Below are positions 27,696-40,600 of a stretch of DNA of 64,000 nucleotides, in pieces. Within the stretch, counting starts at the first letter, position 1, and every line of letters starts with the position of its first letter. The notes below the pieces were generated by a model that had not been told where the DNA came from, did no database searches, and saw only the letters and a program-made list of their open reading frames with translations. A program made the translations under genes and the position numbers. The stretch is from assembly GCF_006345805.1 (NCBI RefSeq), contig NC_043019.1, forward strand, positions 8,493,360 to 8,557,359. Reading direction: 5' to 3'. The DNA is from Octopus sinensis (taxonomy: Eukaryota).

Positions 27696-27735
27696 AGAGG
27701 AAAAGGAAGAAGATGATGAAGAAGAAGAAGAAGAA
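27565..27735. repeat. (GAA)n trinucleotide tract, ~170 bp
   Basis: About 35 uninterrupted GAA units followed by GAG/GAT variants. Confidence 0.98.
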
Positions 27736-28030
27736 AAAGATGAAGGAGAATAAATAAAAAGGGCCGAGCACTCCTACTACTGCACCCACCTGCATCTCTA
27801 CCTGCAGGCGGTGCACTGATGTTAGTGCCAAGGCAATTAGCGGAGTTGCTAGGAATCGGCTAAAAATACTTCAATTGGAGATTAAAAACAAACAGTTTGA
27901 CATTTTGCCAAGAGTTGCAGGGGCGGGTCAAAGACACGCCGCAAACACACAGCACACATATACAGACACACTACATCGCATCACTATATATATACATATA
28001 TATATAGTGATGCACATATATATATATACG

Positions 28031-28089
<59 letters not shown>

Positions 28090-28178
28090 TTATATGTCTA
28101 TGCATATAGATGTACATATATATATATGTAGATATATGTACATATATATATGCATATATATGTATATATATATATATG

Positions 28179-28229
<51 letters not shown>

Positions 28230-30306
28230 TATGTATGTATATATATATATATATATATATCAATGTGTGTGTGTCAATGGGAAAGTCTGTATATCAACAT
28301 AAATATATATATATGTGTGGCTATATACATATAGACAAAGACGCATGTATACACCTGCACGCGCACACGCATATAGAATGAAAGAAAGAGAGAGAAATCG
28401 ACATCAGTAGCTACTGATTAAAGGTATGCGTGTACGGTTACGTGGGTGGCAGTTAACGTTTATACAGAGGCAGTCTTCCTTTCTCCCCCACTTCTCTCTC
28501 CCTCTCTCTCTCTCTGTCTCTCTCTTTAGCTGTCTCTCTGAAACCAATATGTACAAATATATATATACATATTTTTTCATACATGCTTATATTAATGTGT
28601 ATCTGTGATCTGGTCTGTGTGTGCATCTACCGGACTTTCACTCGAGCATGTGTGTTAGGTCGATACACATATAAGTATACGCAAGACCAAGCTTATAACA
28701 AGAAAATAACATAGGTACAAACGTTTGTGTGTTTGTGCATAAATGGTTGATTGGATATGTATGAGTCAATGATATATTGTATGTTTAGGGACAAATACTC
28801 TCACATATACATCGGAATACGTGTATACATAATTATACATACACATTCACACATGCGATCTCACATATTATAGATAAAATGGCGTATACTCTTTTTAAAA
28901 TGATCATGCAATTTTAGCTTTTCTCTCAAGGCTAAAGTTCTTCTCCAACAATTTTGTATCACCGAGGGCAGAAAAAAAAAACCGAGTTCGATTTTACAAG
29001 ATTTTAGTTTCCTCAGAAGTCCTTAATTGAAAGTAACGTTTATACAGCTATTGACATTTACGCATTGCTATCTCACTCTCTCTCTCCCTCCCTCTCTCTC
29101 TCCCTCTGAAATACACACGCACACATACACACATAAACACATGTATATTTAAATTTATATAAAAGTAACCTCCAGGTTTAATTTTTATTTCTTCTTACAA
29201 TATTTTCCATATTTAGTCATGAGACGTTCAATAACTAAAATATCCAGACTTTCAAGAATAACCTTCGTTTGTACTTTACCGTTTGGAAATATTGTCGCTC
29301 AGGAGGATATAGAACAGAATTGTTGTCATGCTTCGTAATATTCAACGAGGAATTGCCAAATTGGATTATAATTGATAGCAGTATCAGTGCTCCATTCAAT
29401 ATTCTTGAGCGCTTAACTCTTTGAAATTTATACGCCAAAGTATTTTAGATTCCTTTTGACTACAACCATGGAAGACTTCTTGGTGACATTGTTGCGTGTT
29501 TAAACCTAAAAAGAAAATTTTTTCCTGCCAAGTAATCAACCGTAACCAGAAATGTATGAGGTCGACCCTTTTGCGCCTTCTTGTGCATAAATAGACTGAT
29601 ATTGTATACGCTGTGGTGTATGCGGGATCCGACAGTGTTAACGTCTCTCTGATGCATCTGCTTCGACTTTCGCTTCTAATTTACTAACAATATGGCTTCT
29701 GTAATTATGTTTATACTTTATGGTGTAATTCTATTTTTGATGCATTTTATTAACTAATCATTTACCATCTCGTTCAGTTTCCCATTTTTCTAACAATATG
29801 CACTAATTACTCTTTATAATTCTTAAAAGCAGCCGCAGAGAACAAATGTACTTTTGTTTTTCATGTAACAGGTTGTATACTGTTTTTCGTAAAGTACATC
29901 TATACATTGAAATCGGTGTCTGAACAGCCTTTTGTAATCTGACTATTTGTGATTTTATGTTGATGAGAGGAATAGATTTTATGGTTTCGTATTTTTAGTA
30001 ATATTTTAAATACATTTTTTCAACGTGGTTGCATTCAATATGTTGCATTTGCTTTTCACGAGTTTCTATTCATATATTCATCTCTTCTATAACTACTATG
30101 CTCGCTCTTTATGCCTGTTCTCTCGTGTATGTAAGCTTGTGCAAGTCTGTATGTATTTGTGTGTTGTGTATGTGTGGGGGTAATATCAGTTGACCTTATT
30201 TCATAATTTGTCCTGATGTTATTCAGCGGCTGTATGATTTAAAGTGTTTGTTTATCGTTTAATGAGTAATTATATAAAACTGGTTACACATTTTCTAAAA
30301 GAGCCA

Positions 30307-30436
30307 GCAAATGCGGCGGAGGTGTTAAATCGATTAAATCGAAACCAGTGTTCAACTGGCACTTATTTTATCGACTCCGAGATCATGAAATGCAAAGTCG
30401 ACCTCACGCTAACAATACTGCCAGCTCAGCTTCCTT
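30307..30436 (-). mobile_element. Degenerate, internally deleted SINE copy
   Basis: cacttattttatcgactccga...caaagtcgacctc...ctgccagctc. Confidence 0.7.
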
Positions 30437-31212
30437 AAGTAATATTAAATAATATTTGTTTAACTTTAAATATTTTTGTAATTGGTAAGTGATTTTAACC
30501 CGAAAGACCCACAAGATTCACCAACAACTAGCACAATATGGTTTTAAATTGCGACATATTAAATTTCCAAACATTAGAAAGCAAAGAAATGTAAAAATTC
30601 GAAAAGCAGCGATAATGAAATGATGTAACATCTTTGAGACTCATCACTATCATCTTATACATTATTTCACAATTTCTAGAAAGACAAGCCATTCACATCA
30701 TAATCCTGCACTTACCAATTTAATAATCAAACACCGATTCAGACCATTACTATCGGTCACTGCCCTACCGTTGTTATAGAAGATTGATGATGACTTGACC
30801 AGTAAAATAATTCCCACTTGAACCGGTTACAACCAAAGACATCAAAAGAAAGATTCTTTAAAAACTGGGAAAATGTGCTGCGTGCTCTAACGATAAAGGA
30901 GCAAATTGTTCTCATCTTCACTCTCACTGATATTGACGCCAAATGCAGTGAAATATTATTGGATTAAAAAGAATTAGTGTTCCAAGCATAAAACGAGCAT
31001 CAAATAAGAAAATAGGGTGGAAAAAAAAAACATTTGGAACACAAAGATATACATGCAGGACATTAGGAAGCAAAAGGTAAGTTTATGTAAAGAACAAGAG
31101 AATAAGACAGAAAGCTGATATACCAGTAAGTGTTCGGGACAGAAATGTAACAGAAGACTTTCTCACCATGAAATAAGAAGCATGTTTAAGAACGATGAGA
31201 TGAGGGAGAGAA

Positions 31213-31254
<42 letters not shown>

Positions 31255-31408
31255 GCCAATGGAAGACTCCGGCTTCGTTTGAGAAGATGGTAAAAGATTG
31301 GTGTGTTTAAAGGAAACTTCATAGCAAACGGATAAGAGTTATTAAAATATACATGTAAAAGGGTTGACGCGACGGACAAGATGCTTAGAGGTTCTTTATG
31401 TTTAAAGA

Positions 31409-31530
31409 TCAACTTCCGCCTGGGTCGACTTCACCTTTAGAAGTTGATAATATGAGTACCAGTAGAGCACTGGGGTTCGATGTAATTGACTAAGCCCCTT
31501 TAGCGAAATTGATGGCCTTATGTCAAAATT
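31409..31530 (+). mobile_element. Degenerate SINE fragment
   Basis: ttccgcctgggtcgact...gagtaccagtagagcactggggttcgatgtaattgact. Confidence 0.7.
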
Positions 31531-32835
31531 TCAAACCAATATGTACATGTAATGTCTTTATTATTTGAACACAGGTTTTAACGTCGACATTCCTTGGTGT
31601 TTCTCCGAGAGTAGTTTTACTTTGGTTCATTTTGTATATCCATGATACGCGGAGAAAATTTTCAATAATTTCTACTTTCGTTATTATTGTGGTTGAGAAG
31701 TCTTCAGTTTTTTTCTCAAAGATGAAAAACACCAGAAAACCATTAACTTGACAATTTTTTTCTCTGTAGCTGTAATTGGAATGGAATCAAAGAGAAACTG
31801 CCAAAATAACTAATCGTTGGGAATTACTACGCAAAAAGTCAAAACTACAGAATTCCTGGTTTATTTCTTCTTTTCCTTTTTATGTACTTTTCTAACATAA
31901 CATTTCTATCTTTCGAATACAACCATATTAACATCTGCACGAATATTTTTTTCACAGACTCTCAGAAGCTATATACAAACCCACATTATGAGAGAGATAC
32001 AATACCAAATTCTCACACAGTCGACCAAATACATACTAAAAAGCCTTAGTAATTTTTATTGTATTTTCGTTCCGTTTTGTATGTTTTTGCTTTTTTATTT
32101 TCGTTTTATTTATTTATTATTTTTTGTTATAGCTAGCACAAAAAATGGCGCAACGTTAATTGAAAACCTAAACTCATTTACAATAATTTTGTTCCTGATT
32201 TTTTTTTCTGCGTTATTTTACAGAAATTCCATGGAATTCTGTTGAAGCGTCCCATGAAAGTTCGAAAGTCTGTTTAATGGCAAATGAATGCCGCTTATAT
32301 TGAATGAATATTTTTTATTTTGTTTCCGTTTCTTTTTCAGCATTTCATGATTTTATAAAAAAAAGGAAAAAAATTATTTAACACATTTTGCTGCATGGTT
32401 CCGTCTGTGTGTACTTGTGTATTTGTACATATGTGTATATCTGTATATGTTTGAGAATGCTATTTCGTTTTGCCTTTCTCAAAAATAGTTGCTAACATAG
32501 AAAGTGAAATGGTTGGCTTTAATTTCTTAAATAATAAGATCAGCCAAGCAACAGGTTGATATCATGTGACTTGTATTTTTAATTATGTTTCTTTTCTATA
32601 GAAGAATCTCCCCTTGATTTTTTTTCTGTGGCAGGCTCGAGAAAATATGTTGAAATGTGAAAGTATAATTGTATAACAGATTTCTAACAACAAATAAAGC
32701 AAATAATAGACGGACAAATTTAATAACAAATATAATAATAACAATAATAATAATAATAATAATAATAATGATAATAATAATAATAATAATAATAATGATA
32801 ATAATAATGATGATAATAATAATAATAATAATAAT

Positions 32836-33468
32836 TCAGAATATGTGGAGATGGACAGTCCTGGCTAAGAAGGAATATATTCACAGACATGACAGAGTTG
32901 GAACCTACATACATTGGAAGCTATGCCAACATTATGGAATAACAACAGAAAAAAATGGTATAGGCACACACCAGAAAAGGTCACAGAAAACGAGAAAGCA
33001 ACCATACTCTGGGATATGCCGATACACACAGGTAGAGAAATTAAGGCCAACAGACCAGATATAGTTGTCAGAGAGCATGAAGAAAAAAAATGCTTTCTAA
33101 TTGATGTATCAATACCGGCTGATGACAACGTGTCTCTAAAAGAAATGGAGAAACTCTCAAAATACAAAGACCTGGAAATAGAGGTAACTAGAATGTGGAA
33201 TCTGAAAACAGAAACAATTCCTATCATAGTAGGTGCATTAGGCACGATAAAAAAATATTCAGACAAATACATAACAAAAACACCAGGACTTACACACACA
33301 TATAACATACAGAAAATTGCACTACTAGGCACTGCACTCATCCTACGCAGAACACTTTCCATACAATAACCATCAGAGCATCACAACAAATCACAGCACA
33401 TACCCAAGGCACACAGAGCTGCGCTCGGTAGTGAAGTGAAAGCACGCTATAAAAATAAAACTACTGGA
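32836..33468 (+). mobile_element. 5'-truncated non-LTR retrotransposon with restriction-like endonuclease (R4/Dong type)
   Basis: LAKKEYIHRHDRVGTYIHWKLC, ILWDMPIHT, NRPDIVV, LIDVSIP, EKLSKYKDL, IIVGALG, KIALLGTALILRRTL*: an RHD motif plus PD-(D/E)xK domain. One frameshift in an A7 run (32949-32955), AATAAA at 33454-33459, (TAA)n on both sides. Confidence 0.93.
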
Positions 33469-33527
33469 TAATAATAATAATATAATAATAATGATAATAA
33501 TAATAATAATAGTAATGATAATATTAA

Positions 33528-33586
<59 letters not shown>

Positions 33587-33589
33587 GCA

Positions 33590-33950
33590 CAATTTCTGCA
33601 AATTTAAGGGGAGGCTAATAGTCAATTTCATCGACCACCCAGAGCATAAGTATATGATAGTTCCTTATTTTGTCGATGCTGAAATGGTGGATGGTAACGG
33701 CGATGCTGGAGGAGTTTGAACTCAGAACTCAAAGAGTCGCAAAGAATAGCACAATGCTTTAACAACTTTGCCAATCCACTCATATAATATTGGTTTTAAA
33801 TTTTGACAGTTTCGTGGAAGAGATTAAATCGATTATGTCGACCCCAGTTATCAACTGATGCTTATTTTATCGATCCCGAAAGGATGGAAGGTGAAGTCGA
33901 TCCCTGCAATATAAAGTCGGAAAAAGTGTCGCTAAGCATCGTTTTCGTTT
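33590..33950 (-). mobile_element. Two old degenerate SINE fragments
   Basis: ggagtttgaactcagaac and gattatgtcgaccccag...tgcttattttatcgatcccgaaaggatggaaggtgaagtcga. Confidence 0.7.
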
Positions 33951-34639
33951 GCACAATAATATAATAATGTATTTTTGGTTCGACAGAAGTACCAAAATAA
34001 CGGCGTAGGAACCAATCGACTATTTAAACTTCAGAGCTTGACCAATGCATGCTTCGTCGAGCTTTTGCAGGCTGAAATGAATAGGTGGCGCTGCCCTATT
34101 CGAATGTAAATGAACGTAGATGGAACAAGAAATAAACACTTTGTTCATCCGTCCTTTGCTCATTCGTCTCCCCTCAAGAACTCACGTCTACACTTCATAT
34201 CGCTCCTTCCGTGCCCACTCCTCCAGTCGTTGCTTAAATTCACATGGTCTTTCCTTCGAAGGACGTTAGGCATTTAGTTCGCTACGTATGACTTTCCTAG
34301 TAGTGAGCGTTTCAGGAGCTCTTGAACTTGAGGGGATCTTAAACATCATCGATCCGATCCGTATCGGGTTGATGTAGCAGTTTCCATGCTCATTGGCTTC
34401 ATCTTGAAGTCATAGGGATTAAATGAAAACTAAATATAAAAAAAGATACGTCAATTCTCTCGACTTGAAAACAATATTTGGAATAATAAGATGTGGTAAA
34501 GTGATTGCACATGGTCACCGATAATTGTACCTCAGAATTGGAAAGACAAAGTATTATGTAATATAATCTTATTAACACACAAATCTATGGGAGGACTATT
34601 AGGACTACCATTATTCATAATGGCTATAAATTTTAGAAA

Positions 34640-34803
34640 CAGACCAGTAACTTCTAAAGAGATGATGAGTTGATTGCTTAGATCACGAAAGTTTGAAAGG
34701 TAAAGTCGACCTCGGTGACGTCTGAACTCAGAACATCAAGACCTATGAAATGGCGCTAGGTCTTGTAGCCGGCATGCTACCGGTTCTGCCAGACTGCCAT
34801 CTT
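34640..34803 (-). mobile_element. Degenerate SINE copy
   Basis: gaaaggtaaagtcgacctcgg...tgaactcagaac...ccggcatgctaccggttctgccag. Confidence 0.75.
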
Positions 34804-35275
34804 ACCGTTATTTATGAAGAGTTTGGATAAACAACTTCAGTACAATTGCATTGCTTTTCAGGTATTTCAATGGTCCTTTGTATTAAAAGACACTGGAATC
34901 AACCAAAGCACAGTTAACTTCAACGGAATTTGAACGCAGGATATATTACGAAGGACATTTCAGTCGTCATACCGTTACAATGTTTCTGACGTGACAAAGT
35001 GATCATACCTATCTGGGACATGTCAGTTTACACAGTCAATGAAATACAGATATAAAGATATATAATTACATACTAGAAAATATATAGAGCCATGCCTTAA
35101 CATTACCGCAACGAAAACCACTAATATCATGGAAGAAAGAAAAGGAAGGTATGTTATGTGGATAGTGATTGTTCGACGTGAACCTCTGGCATGCAGAATT
35201 ATTAAATTAATTCAACTCTGAATTCAAAACACGTTAAAGTGTTGGCTTCAATTATGCAAGCCATCTGCTTTATAC

Positions 35276-35356
35276 CATCGGTAAGGGAGCATCTACGCGA
35301 TCATCGGTAAGGGAGCATCTACGCGATCATCGGTAAGGGAGCATCTACGCGATCAT
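35276..35356. repeat. Perfect 26-bp tandem triplication
   Basis: catcggtaagggagcatctacgcgat x3 plus cat, no spacers. Confidence 0.97.
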
Positions 35357-35714
35357 TGGAGCCGATGCTACATATATCGCCGCTGAATTAATTATACCTT
35401 AAAGCTTTCAGTGAGATGAAAGAACCCAGAGAACAACGAACAAAGAAATTACATCATGTAATTATAATGTGGTAGTCACAGCCGAAATAAATATTTCTAT
35501 TCCACCTTGGGTTAAGCATTGAAAACAAATACACACACACACACACACATACACAAGCACACATACACACACATATATATATATAAATACGTATATGTAT
35601 ATATATATATATATATATAATATACACATGAATAAATGTATGTATATATATATATATATATTCATGAATAAATGTATGTATTATATATATATTATATATA
35701 CATGAATAAATGTA

Positions 35715-35761
<47 letters not shown>

Positions 35762-35787
35762 TATATGTATATATATATATATTATAT

Positions 35788-35862
<75 letters not shown>

Positions 35863-36161
35863 TATATATTATATATAACCTTTCAAGGAGAGAGAGTATC
35901 TAATCCAAAACATATTTCTTACGGAATCTACGAAGAATAAAAGAAATATTCTACACCAATGCTTGGATTTTTCTAAATTAATTACATCGAGCGCATCGAG
36001 AAAAGAAAAGGGCTTAGAACGTACGGCTCAGCTGGGGCTACAATAGAAAATTAATGTTGATGCAATTCCTCTTTGTGTTGTCGTTTTCTTAATGATATTC
36101 AAAAATGCTGACGTCCGATCAAACCAGCGTGCCATGTGATCTTGAGCAAAATGTAAACAAG

Positions 36162-36226
36162 TGGAGAATCCGGGCATCGAACCCGGTACCTCTCGCATGC
36201 TAAACGAGCGTTCTACAATCTGAGCT
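36162..36226 (-). pseudogene. tRNA-Ala(AGC) retropseudogene lacking the 5' acceptor strand
   Basis: Minus strand agctcagattgtagaacgctcgtttagcatgcgagaggtaccgggttcgatgcccggattctcca. Anticodon AGC at 36199-36201, intact T-stem ccggg/cccgg, flanked by the direct repeat atgtgatcttgagc (36134-47, 36231-44). Confidence 0.88.
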
Positions 36227-36651
36227 GAAGATGTGATCTTGAGCGAAACACTTCAATTGTTGTTCCTATGCGATAAGTTCGTCACCTGACGCGTTGTACA
36301 ACGTGCAGCTGCTCAGGTAACGACGATTTGATGGAGGAAGGGAGGGGGCATATATACAACGCTAACATTTGATCAAGATAAACAAAGGATTTGAACAGGT
36401 AAGATGGGGTGGGGTCTTCAACGATATCAGGTCGGTCGGTGAATGGGAAATACTGTTTGCGTCAAGTCAGGTCCGCGGTTAAAACAACTACGTGCAAAGA
36501 TCCCCGCGTACGAGTTTGTATGTGTGTGTATGCGAGTGAGTATGCGACTGCACGCCTGTTTGTATGTGTATACACAAACAAACATGCATGCATCCACCCC
36601 AAAAAACACACACAGGGACATGTATATATATATATATATATATATAATATA

Positions 36652-37061
36652 GGCGCAGGAGTGGCTGTGTGGTAAGTAGCTTGCTTACCAACCACATGGT
36701 TCCGGGTTCAGTCTCACTGCGCGGAACCTTGGGCAAGTGTCTTCTACTATAGCCTCGGGCCGACCAAAGCCTTGTGAGTGGATTTGTTAGACGGACACTG
36801 AAAGAAGCCCGTCGTATATATGTATATATTTTTATACATGTGTGCGTGTATGTTTGTGTGTCTGTGTTTGTCCCCCTAGTATTGCTTGACAACCGATGCT
36901 GGTGTGTTTATGTCCCCGTTAATTAGCGGTTCGGCAAAAGAGACCGATAAAATTAGTACTGGGCTTACAAAAAAATAAGTCCCGGGGTCGAGTTGCTCGA
37001 TTAAAGGCGGTGCTCCAGCATGACCGCAGTCAAATGACTGAAACAAGTAAAAGAGTAAGAG
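36652..37061 (+). mobile_element. Full-length tRNA-headed SINE with CORE-like central motif
   Basis: ggcgcaggagtggctgtgtggtaag head, gggttcagtc B-box-like, ccttgggcaagtg (cf. MIR core), 3' gactgaaacaagtaaaagagtaagag. Confidence 0.9.
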
Positions 37062-37096
<35 letters not shown>

Positions 37097-37502
37097 GTTT
37101 ATATCTAAATGTATATACGTTACATTTGTAATGGCAATAGCAAACTTACTGGCAGTAGCAAATACATGTTCAAACTATATAAAATGATCTACAATCTAAA
37201 ATAGAAATCGTACATATATATGCGTGTGCACGATATATACATACATACATAGATACATACATACATACATACATACATACATACATACATACATACAGAT
37301 ATATAAGATCCAGACATCGAAGTGTAGGAAGAATGTTAGTTTCAAGAAATCCGTATTAAATATAAAAAACAAATTTCAAGGACGAAAGTGGTTTATTGAG
37401 ATAGAAGGTTGTGGATTGTTCTCGTATCGAAGCATGATAAACTGAAAAAAATATTGTTTTTATATTTCACGCTAAGTGACCAAGGTTCCCGGGAATGCAA
37501 AT

Positions 37503-37737
37503 AAGAATAGAAGAGTTCCGGAATGGAGCAGATAAGGTCCGGGCTACATATGTTTCATAGTGATTGGAACCTCGAAAGTAGTAAACATCTAAGCGAGGTG
37601 TATAAAGTATACAAGGCCTGAAGAGCAGCCTACTGTATACAGACACGCTTAAATATTCCCCACTTCCAAGGTTCCATGCGGTTTGAAACATATGTAGCCC
37701 TCGTTTTATCCACACCATTCCTTAGCTCTTGAATTTG
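37503..37737. mobile_element. ~235-bp foldback, MITE-like
   Basis: Perfect 17-bp IR gggctacatatgtttca (37541-57 / 37684-700), plus ggaatgg/ccattcc, aagag/ctctt and ggaacct/aggttcc in register. Confidence 0.78.
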
Positions 37738-37987
37738 TATGTGTGTGTGTATATATATATATATTATATATATATATAATAATACACACGCATATACACA
37801 CATACACAAACATACAAACACACACGTATATGAATTTAGAAATGCCTCAAAATTTTCTTAACATCTCTGTCTTTTTCTTCTCTTTCTCTCCATCACTATT
37901 TCCCTTTGCAGATACATACTCACCCTCACACATGTGTATGTGCATGTAGATAATGTGTGTGCACCTACGTATATAGGAATGTGTGAG

Positions 37988-38030
<43 letters not shown>

Positions 38031-38793
38031 CACGCACACACCACACATTATAGGTTTATGTATATATGTATAGCAGTACTTACATTCCTACAGTCCAGCG
38101 GTAGTCTCTATTATATGTTATAACAAGTGGATTAATCATAATTGCCCCATATTGTCAAAACCAGACAGTCACAAAATTAAATATTATCTAATGCACTTCA
38201 ATTTCCGTATACTTAGCCATGGTTTGATGACGTTAATCGGGTGTATAGGTCAACAGTCTACTGCAGGCGACATTTCTAAATATAAAGCTCACGGCAGTCT
38301 ATTGAGCCGTTTTAAAATACAAACACACACGGATACTTGAATAAACACGATGCTGATATTTTCGTCTATTTGCCAGATACAGTCAAAAGATTGCGACCAA
38401 TAATGAGACAATACTACGGAGATATTTGCTCGTTTTGCTGTTATTATTGTGGTATAGTCGTATTATTGTCGTATAGTCCAAAGTCAGAATTGAACAAGCA
38501 AACGTTTACATATAAATATATCAGATTTGATGAAGCTTCCTTCATCAATTTTAGCACAGATCTACGACGGTTAAATTGCTTCGTGTTATTTTACAGGCGC
38601 CATTATAATCAAACTTCATAACCGTCGGGGTTTTCTTCGTCTAAAATATTACCTACCAGAGGTAATGAAAGAAGTCCACAGACGCTGAGTCGCTATCACC
38701 ACCAGGCAGAGGTCTCCAGTACTTTTCATTCAAAAGGTGACTACTTAAAGTAAGTCAATTCACCTGGGCCTTTTTCTCTATCTTCACCCATTA

Positions 38794-39157
38794 GGAAGCA
38801 CTCCGTCGGTTACGACGACGAGGGTTCCGGTTGATCCGAATCAACGGAACAGCCTGCTCGTGTACCCTTAACAGACACGTGTACCCTTAACGTAGTTCTC
38901 GGGGATATTCAGCGTGACACAGAGAGTGACAAGGCCGGCCCTTTGAAATACAGGTACAACAGAAACAGGAAGTAAGAGTGAGAGAAAGTTGTGGTGAAAG
39001 AGTACAGCAGGGATCACCACCAACCCCTGCCGGAGCCTCGTGGAGCTTTTAGGTGTTTTCGCTCAATAAACACTCACAACGCCCGGTCTGGGAATCGAAA
39101 CCGCGATCCTATGACCGCGAGTCCGCTGCCCTAACCACTGGACCATTGCGCCTCCAC
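38794..39157 (-). mobile_element. tRNA-headed SINE with a LINE-like 3' stem-loop
   Basis: Minus head ggaggcgcaatggtccagtggttagggcagcgg...ggtttcgattccc; strong hairpin gttcc-g-gttgat-ccga-atcaac-ggaac near its 3' end. Confidence 0.88.
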
Positions 39158-39263
39158 ACTTCACGCATTATTCCTTCGTAACACAGTGAAGGTAAAAATG
39201 CACCGGAGTCTTTAGTCATCTGTCAAGTCACAAGGACCTCAGACAGATATTACTTTCCTTAAG

Positions 39264-39401
39264 ATCATCATCATCATCATTATTATTATTATTATTATTA
39301 TTATCATTATTATTATTATTATTATTCAGGTCACAGCCGGGAATCGAACTCGGAATCTTGGGGTTTAGTAGCTATTTGCTCTTAACCACTACGTCATATG
39401 C
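39264..39401 (-). mobile_element. Short tRNA-derived SINE with (AAT)n/(GAT)n tail
   Basis: Minus strand gcatatgacgtagtggttaagag...gagttcgattcccggctgtgacctg then aataataat; A and B boxes present. Confidence 0.75.
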
Positions 39402-40089
39402 TCGCTTTAAGATAACACATCTTTTGTATTTCAATATTTACTTGATTTGCCAAATTCCTTTACAGATATATTTTTATCAGTGGGAATATTTACATCTATT
39501 AGTTTACAAGTATTTTCTTACCCGTTTTTCATGATTATGTGCGGCCGATTAACCTTGATCGTTCTATCAGTGTTGACTGGAAAAGCCCGTGAGATACTGT
39601 CACTTCTACCGTCAACGACTGGCTCTAAAGGATGTGCATACCAGTAGGCAGGGGTGCTGATTCTGTAGTGTTACATATTTTCCAATGTAAATGTAGTCCT
39701 ACACTATCGCAGCCATTTTTGTAACCGTTTGGTGTCAGCAGAGGACATCTCGAAACGAAAAACAAGGCGACTTCACACATACTAATAAAAGCAAGGAGCA
39801 AATTAGTTACTCAGTTTATTATTATTATTTTATTATTATTATTATTTATTATTATTATATTATTATTATATTATTTCTGTTGTTGTTGAACTTGTTTTTC
39901 TTCTTTTTATTTATGTATCTACGATAATAGGACCCGCGAGAGGGGATGGGGATGAGACCTGGCAGTTACTTCTAGGCATCTGATCGGACGATAATAACTT
40001 CCCCACGTTTACTTAATAATGCTCTTATTAGTAGCATTGTTGGAAGTAGTGCGGTTAGTGGGAGGTAATTATAGAATCTTTGCTTATTG

Positions 40090-40600
40090 TTGTCGTGGTG
40101 GTATTGGTGCTGGTGGTGGAGGTGGTGGTCGATTTTTTTTTTGCGGTAGTGGGAAATGCGGTTGTAGTGATTCGCAGATATTATGGTCATGGTTGTGGTG
40201 GTGTGTGAAGTCGTCCTATTCATTTTTGGGGTGTAGAGCAGGTAGTTGCTTTGATTGTGGTAGATATATACATTGTCTGTGCGGTGAGGATGACTTTCCG
40301 ACGGGGTTTTGTAGTTTTGCTTACAAAGTTGTAGAGGGTGACAACGATGGTACATTCGATGGTGGTGATGTCGGTGCTACTTGAAACGCAGTTGGGATTG
40401 TGATGATGGTTATGCTGGTATTGTAGGTAGTGGTGGTCATGGTGATGGAATTAACTGTATTTCTCGTGATACTGTTGTGGTATTTATTGTAGGTGGAGGG
40501 GACTGTTTTCGTGTTAGTGATGCTGATGTTGTTGCTGGTGGTGGTGGTGGTGGTGCTAGTGGTGATGGTGGGGTTTTCGGCGGTGGTGGCACTATTTTGG
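40090..40600. repeat. Degenerate (GGT/GAT/GTT) low-complexity tract
   Basis: Cryptic trinucleotide periodicity. Confidence 0.75.

Noticed and set aside
27523-27831. Poly-Glu, poly-Lys and poly-Phe ORFs
   Set aside because: Three readings of the (GAA)n tract; no coding context or splice signals.
34060-34270. Possible LTR with a BEL-type PBS (tggtc...ccttcga)
   Set aside because: The PBS match needs an insertion, and LTR boundaries are not definable.
35276-35356. CRISPR-like repeats of 26 bp
   Set aside because: No spacers, no cas genes, eukaryotic context; a simple tandem triplication.
36162-36226. Functional tRNA-Ala gene
   Set aside because: The 5' acceptor strand is missing and the D-arm is altered; flanking direct repeats indicate a retrocopy.
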